A stretch of DNA of 64,000 nucleotides, taken from an uncultured Peptostreptococcaceae bacterium (lineage in GTDB: Bacteria; Bacillota; Clostridia; Peptostreptococcales; BM714). A program made the position numbers and the translations under genes. The DNA lies in the NCBI GenBank assembly GCA_964484935.1, contig CAZAFW010000001.1, forward strand, positions 2,649 to 66,648, in the 5' to 3' direction. Every line of letters begins with the position of its first letter. Position 1 is the first letter of the stretch. Positions 60,253-64,000 of the stretch are shown here, piece after piece. The notes beneath the pieces were generated by a model, which searched no databases, was not told the DNA's origin, and was given only the letters and a program-made list of their open reading frames with translations.

Positions 60253-61578
60253 TTACATGCCTTTCTTTTTTTCCTTGACTTCGAATACTACAGGCGTTCC
60301 ATCAAAACCATAAGCCTCCCTGAGCTTGTTTTCAAGATATCTGATATAAGAAAAATGCGCAAGATCCCTGCTGTTTACAAACAATACGAACTTGGGCGGT
60401 TTTACGGAAACCTGGGTCATGTAATAAATCTTTAGCCTCTTCCCTTTGTCGGAAGGAGGCTGATTGAGCAAAACTGCTTCATTGAGCAAATCATTCAAAG
60501 CCCCGGTTGAAACTCTTTTACAATATTCACTATGCACAAAGTCAATCCGTTCAATCAATTTTTCAGTTCTTTTGCCGGTTTTCGCAGATATGAATATCAT
60601 TGGCGCGTAAGACAAATAAACCATTTCGTTTCTGATAAGCTTGACAAATTCATCATATGTCTTGTTGTTCTTTTCCACAACGTCCCATTTGTTCACTACT
60701 ATTACCATGGCCCGTCCGGCTTCATGCGCGTAACCAGCAATCCGCTTGTCCTGCTCCGATATGCCATCCTCAGCATCCAAAACCAAAAAACATACATCCG
60801 CCCTTTCGATTGCGCTCAACGATCTTATAACGCTGTATTTTTCAACATTTTCACTGATTCGGCTTCTTCTTCTTATTCCCGCTGTATCGATAAGCATGTA
60901 TTTTCTTCCGTTTTTTTCAAAAGGCGTATCTATTGCATCTCTCGTTGTTCCTGATATATGGCTCACGATTACGCGTTCTTCTCCAAGTATTCTGTTGATT
61001 ATGGAAGATTTGCCTACGTTTGGCTTTCCTATCAGTGCAACCTTGACTACATCCTCGTCATCTGCATAGCTCGGTGGTTCAGGAAAATGTCCCACAATAT
61101 CATCAAGCAGATCTCCAAGATTCAATCCATTCGCAGAAGATATAGCCATCGGATTGCCCAGTCCCAGTGTGTATGCATCAAGCACGGTATCATTGATTGA
61201 TGTTATTTGGTCAACCTTGTTCACAACAAGCAAAACAGGTTTTCTTGTTTTTCTCAGCATAGCGGCGATATATTCGTCCGTCGTAGTCAATCCTTCTCGG
61301 CCATCTAGCATAAAAAGAATGACATCAGCGGTTTCTATCGCCAATTCAGCCTGTTTCTTCATGCTGTCCATTATGACGTCTTCATCGACAATCTCAATTC
61401 CACCGGTGTCGATCATGATGAATTTATGGCTCAGCCATTCCGCTTCTATATAAATTCTGTCTCTGGTGACTCCAGGCTTATCTTCAACTATTGAAATTCT
61501 TCTCCCCGCAATTTTATTAAAAAACGTCGATTTTCCCACATTTGGTCTTCCGACAATAGCTACTATTGGTTTTGACAT
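60253..61578 (-). CDS. der: Ribosome-associated GTPase Der (EngA)
   Basis: Two tandem G domains (GRPNVGKST and GKPNVGKSS) plus a KH-like C-terminus. Confidence 0.95.
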   Translation of the reverse strand: MSKPIVAIVGRPNVGKSTFFNKIAGRRISIVEDKPGVTRDRIYIEAEWLSHKFIMIDTGGIEIVDEDVIMDSMKKQAELAIETADVILFMLDGREGLTTTDEYIAAMLRKTRKPVLLVVNKVDQITSINDTVLDAYTLGLGNPMAISSANGLNLGDLLDDIVGHFPEPPSYADDEDVVKVALIGKPNVGKSSIINRILGEERVIVSHISGTTRDAIDTPFEKNGRKYMLIDTAGIRRRSRISENVEKYSVIRSLSAIERADVCFLVLDAEDGISEQDKRIAGYAHEAGRAMVIVVNKWDVVEKNNKTYDEFVKLIRNEMVYLSYAPMIFISAKTGKRTEKLIERIDFVHSEYCKRVSTGALNDLLNEAVLLNQPPSDKGKRLKIYYMTQVSVKPPKFVLFVNSRDLAHFSYIRYLENKLREAYGFDGTPVVFEVKEKKKGM

Positions 61579-61582
61579 TCAA

Positions 61583-62920
61583 TCAACTCCGATTCTTCAA
61601 TTTGACAATCTTATCAACCAGCATAAATCCGTCAACCTCGACCGGAATTATCTCTTTCATGAAACTTTTGCCTATTTCTTCAATATTCAAATCATCAACC
61701 GTCAGTTTGGTTCCTTCCTTTATCATAGTTGCTGGAACAAAAACTGTTTTCGCTTTAATTTTACCTGCCGCTCTTGATAAATCCTTTCCACTTATGAGAC
61801 CTGCTACTGTTATGTCTTTGCCAAAATATTCATTTTCAATTTTAAAAACTTCTATTGAAAGTCCTTCGATGTTTCCTTCAATAATTTTTACCATTTTCAA
61901 TATGAAATCATATGAGAGCACTCCTGTAACCATTGCTATGTCAAGGCTTTCGGTTGATTCATGCAATCTTTCCCCCAACGCTTCAATTATCTGCCTCTCA
62001 AATTTTCTTGCAATTCCCACACCATTTTCGATCTGCAGAAATCCTTCATAATCGTCATAGTGGGGAAATTCTTTTTCAGCAATTATATAAAATTCATCTG
62101 AAAGATGTACGAAGGCTTTCCCATATTTTTCTCTGTACTCAGCCTGTTTCGACTCAACAAGTTCTATCGTTTCCATTGCTATTGCCTTGTCTACTTTTTC
62201 GAGCTTGAAAAGTCCTTTCCGAAACTTGGTCAAACCCACAGGTACAATTGCGATGCTTTGCATCTGCGGAAAAAAACACTCGAGATCATTCAATGTTTTT
62301 TCCAACACGTCACCGTCGTTTATTCCCGGACAAAGTACTATCTGCCCGTTCATAGCTATATTTTTTTCAGCAATGGCTTTTATTTGCTCCATTATCTCTC
62401 CAGCGCGCTTGTTTCCCATCATTTTAATTCTGAGCTTCGGATCCGTGGCATGAACCGAGATATTTATGGGGGATATGTGGAGCTCAATTATTCTCTGCAT
62501 ATCTTTTTTATCAAGATTCGTAAATGTCGCAAAATTTCCATGCAAGACCGAAAGCCTGTAATCATCATCCTTTACATACAATGAGGATCTCATGCCTTCC
62601 GGCATTTGATCCACAAAACAAAACAAGCATTTATTATGACATCGCATTATATCATCCATGGTGGGGGAAACAAAAATAATACCCAAATCTTCATCGTATT
62701 CTTTTTCCATTTCTATTTCCCATATTTCTCCGTCGGCTTTCTCCACTTCAAGTAAAAGATATTCATCGTTGATCAAATAGATATAATCCAATATGTCTTT
62801 TACTTCTTTTCCGTTTATTTTTACAAGCCTGTCCCCTTTTTCAAGACCTGCTTCTTCTCCAATGCTGCCATTTTTTATTTGGTCAATCCTGCTGCATCGG
62901 ATCGTATCGCATTTTCCCAT
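61583..62920 (-). CDS. DUF512 protein with an N-terminal PDZ-like domain and a CxxxCxxC radical-SAM-type motif
   Basis: GSIGEEAGLEKGDRLVKING (PDZ-like) and CHNKCLFCF. 445 aa. Tightly packed between nrdR and der. Confidence 0.7.
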   Translation of the reverse strand: MGKCDTIRCSRIDQIKNGSIGEEAGLEKGDRLVKINGKEVKDILDYIYLINDEYLLLEVEKADGEIWEIEMEKEYDEDLGIIFVSPTMDDIMRCHNKCLFCFVDQMPEGMRSSLYVKDDDYRLSVLHGNFATFTNLDKKDMQRIIELHISPINISVHATDPKLRIKMMGNKRAGEIMEQIKAIAEKNIAMNGQIVLCPGINDGDVLEKTLNDLECFFPQMQSIAIVPVGLTKFRKGLFKLEKVDKAIAMETIELVESKQAEYREKYGKAFVHLSDEFYIIAEKEFPHYDDYEGFLQIENGVGIARKFERQIIEALGERLHESTESLDIAMVTGVLSYDFILKMVKIIEGNIEGLSIEVFKIENEYFGKDITVAGLISGKDLSRAAGKIKAKTVFVPATMIKEGTKLTVDDLNIEEIGKSFMKEIIPVEVDGFMLVDKIVKLKNRS

Positions 62921-62922
62921 TC

Positions 62923-63384
62923 TTATGCATCCTTTTCATTTAAAATTTTCTTCAATTCATCCATGAATGTATTTATATCCTTGAATTGCCTGTAAACAGA
63001 TGCAAAACGCACATATGCGACTTCATCCGTATCTTTTAGATATTGCATAACCAATTCGCCTATGTGAACAGATTCAATTTCCTTTTCCAATGAGCTTTGA
63101 AGTTCTTTTTCCAATTCCTCTACAATATGCTCAATGGTTTGAAGTGAAACCGGTCTTTTTTCACATGCTTTTATTATTCCATTCCTGATTTTATCGCGGT
63201 TGAATGTTTCCCTGCTCATGTCTTTTTTTACTACAACAAGAGGGATTTCCTCGATTTTTTCATATGTGGTGAATCTTCTCTTGCATTCTAGGCATTCACG
63301 CCTTCTCCTGATTGAATTCCCTTCGTCAGTAGGTCTTGAATCAATCACCTTTGTTTCACTGTTGCTGCAAAACGGACAATTCAT
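62923..63384 (-). CDS. nrdR: Transcriptional repressor NrdR
   Basis: [42 protein letters not shown] zinc ribbon plus an ATP-cone. Confidence 0.9.
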   Translation of the reverse strand: MNCPFCSNSETKVIDSRPTDEGNSIRRRRECLECKRRFTTYEKIEEIPLVVVKKDMSRETFNRDKIRNGIIKACEKRPVSLQTIEHIVEELEKELQSSLEKEIESVHIGELVMQYLKDTDEVAYVRFASVYRQFKDINTFMDELKKILNEKDA

Positions 63385-63407
63385 GAATTACCTCCTCTGC
63401 ACATAAT

Positions 63408-64000
63408 TTAATATTGGGTATTTCTCTTCGATCTGAGAAATGTCGGAATATCCAATACTTCGAATCCGTCATTTTTCTCATTTATTTGATTAGACTCATT
63501 CGGTTCGACCGAATTTTCTTCTTTTCTGTCAATCAACGATTCATCAGTCGCATCCGATTCACCCGAAGTTTCAATTTCCCTTTCTTCCTGCTTTTGATTT
63601 GTCTCTCCTTTTTTCTCTTCAACAATCGGCTCTGTTGCTAGACCCATATATTTTTCAAAACCGGTCGCTATTACTGTTATTCTGATTTCATCTTTCATGT
63701 CGTCGTCAATGACTGCGCCAAAAATAATATTCGCATCAGAATCAGCCGCTTCTGAAACCATTTCAGCAGCTTCATTTATTTCAAATAATCCAAGATCCGT
63801 TCCGCCTGTTATATTTAGCAAAACGCCCTTCGATCCATTGATTGTTGTTTCAAGCAAAGGACTGTGTATTGCCATTTGAGCGGCTTCCTTGGCTCTGTTT
63901 TCTCCGGCAGCTTTTCCAATCCCCATATGCGCCAATCCTTTTTCATGCATTATGGTTTTTACATCGGCAAAGTCAAGGTTGACAAGTCCCGGTATCGATA
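63408..64000 (-). CDS. ftsZ: Cell division protein FtsZ; 3' portion only, as the gene continues beyond the window
   Basis: [26 protein letters not shown]...GVLLNITGG...IIFGAVIDD...[10 protein letters not shown], followed by a variable acidic linker and the C-terminal peptide DIPTFLR. Confidence 0.9.
   Translation of the reverse strand, partial: SIPGLVNLDFADVKTIMHEKGLAHMGIGKAAGENRAKEAAQMAIHSPLLETTINGSKGVLLNITGGTDLGLFEINEAAEMVSEAADSDANIIFGAVIDDDMKDEIRITVIATGFEKYMGLATEPIVEEKKGETNQKQEEREIETSGESDATDESLIDRKEENSVEPNESNQINEKNDGFEVLDIPTFLRSKRNTQY

Noticed and set aside
1-64000. Search for CRISPR arrays, tandem or interspersed repeats, tRNA or rRNA genes, and defence or toxin-antitoxin cassettes.
   Set aside because: By eye I saw no periodic direct repeats, no cloverleaf-like or rRNA-like segments, and no unexplained multi-gene accessory block. 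Every ORF over about 120 aa has a housekeeping assignment, apart from those flagged in the findings.

Overview
This window is core chromosome from a low-GC Firmicutes anaerobe, probably Clostridia or Tissierellia-like. It is almost fully coding and mostly translationally coupled. The + strand block 1-37345 follows the Bacillus-type order: efp, asp23, nusB, xseAB, ispA, dxs, tlyA, argR, recN, spo0A. It continues with nudF, xerD, pdp, scpAB, rluB, surE, a korDABC 2-oxoacid:ferredoxin oxidoreductase operon, rpiR, cmk, plsC, an ispH-rpsA fusion, miaB, mutSL, miaA, hfq and a ynbB-like gene. The - strand block 37418-64000 carries lexA, a tyrosine recombinase, purB, spoVS, rny, recX, recA, cinA, pgsA, rimO, ftsK and dapF. 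It continues with rluD, mtnN, divIVA, ylmH, yggT, sepF, yggS, two uncharacterised membrane-anchored proteins, gpsA, der, DUF512, nrdR and the 3' part of ftsZ. The most notable element is a GC-rich gap of about 580 nt (5779-6360) with no credible ORF, lying between ispA/DUF212 and a small 4-TM protein followed by dxs. I interpret it as an OLE (ornate large extremophilic) RNA with its partner gene oapA. OLE is a known but functionally unresolved RNP, so it is not a new discovery. Other observations: a perfect 50-bp palindrome shared by the overlapping 3' ends of rqcH and rluD, a terminator-containing leader in front of the ynbB-like gene, LexA boxes at lexA and recA, and spo0A and spoVS retained while spoIVB, spoIIGA-sigE-sigG and spoIVA are absent from their usual neighbourhoods. 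I found no CRISPR array, rRNA or tRNA gene, prophage, or recognisable defence island. I cannot support a claim of a wholly undescribed system here.
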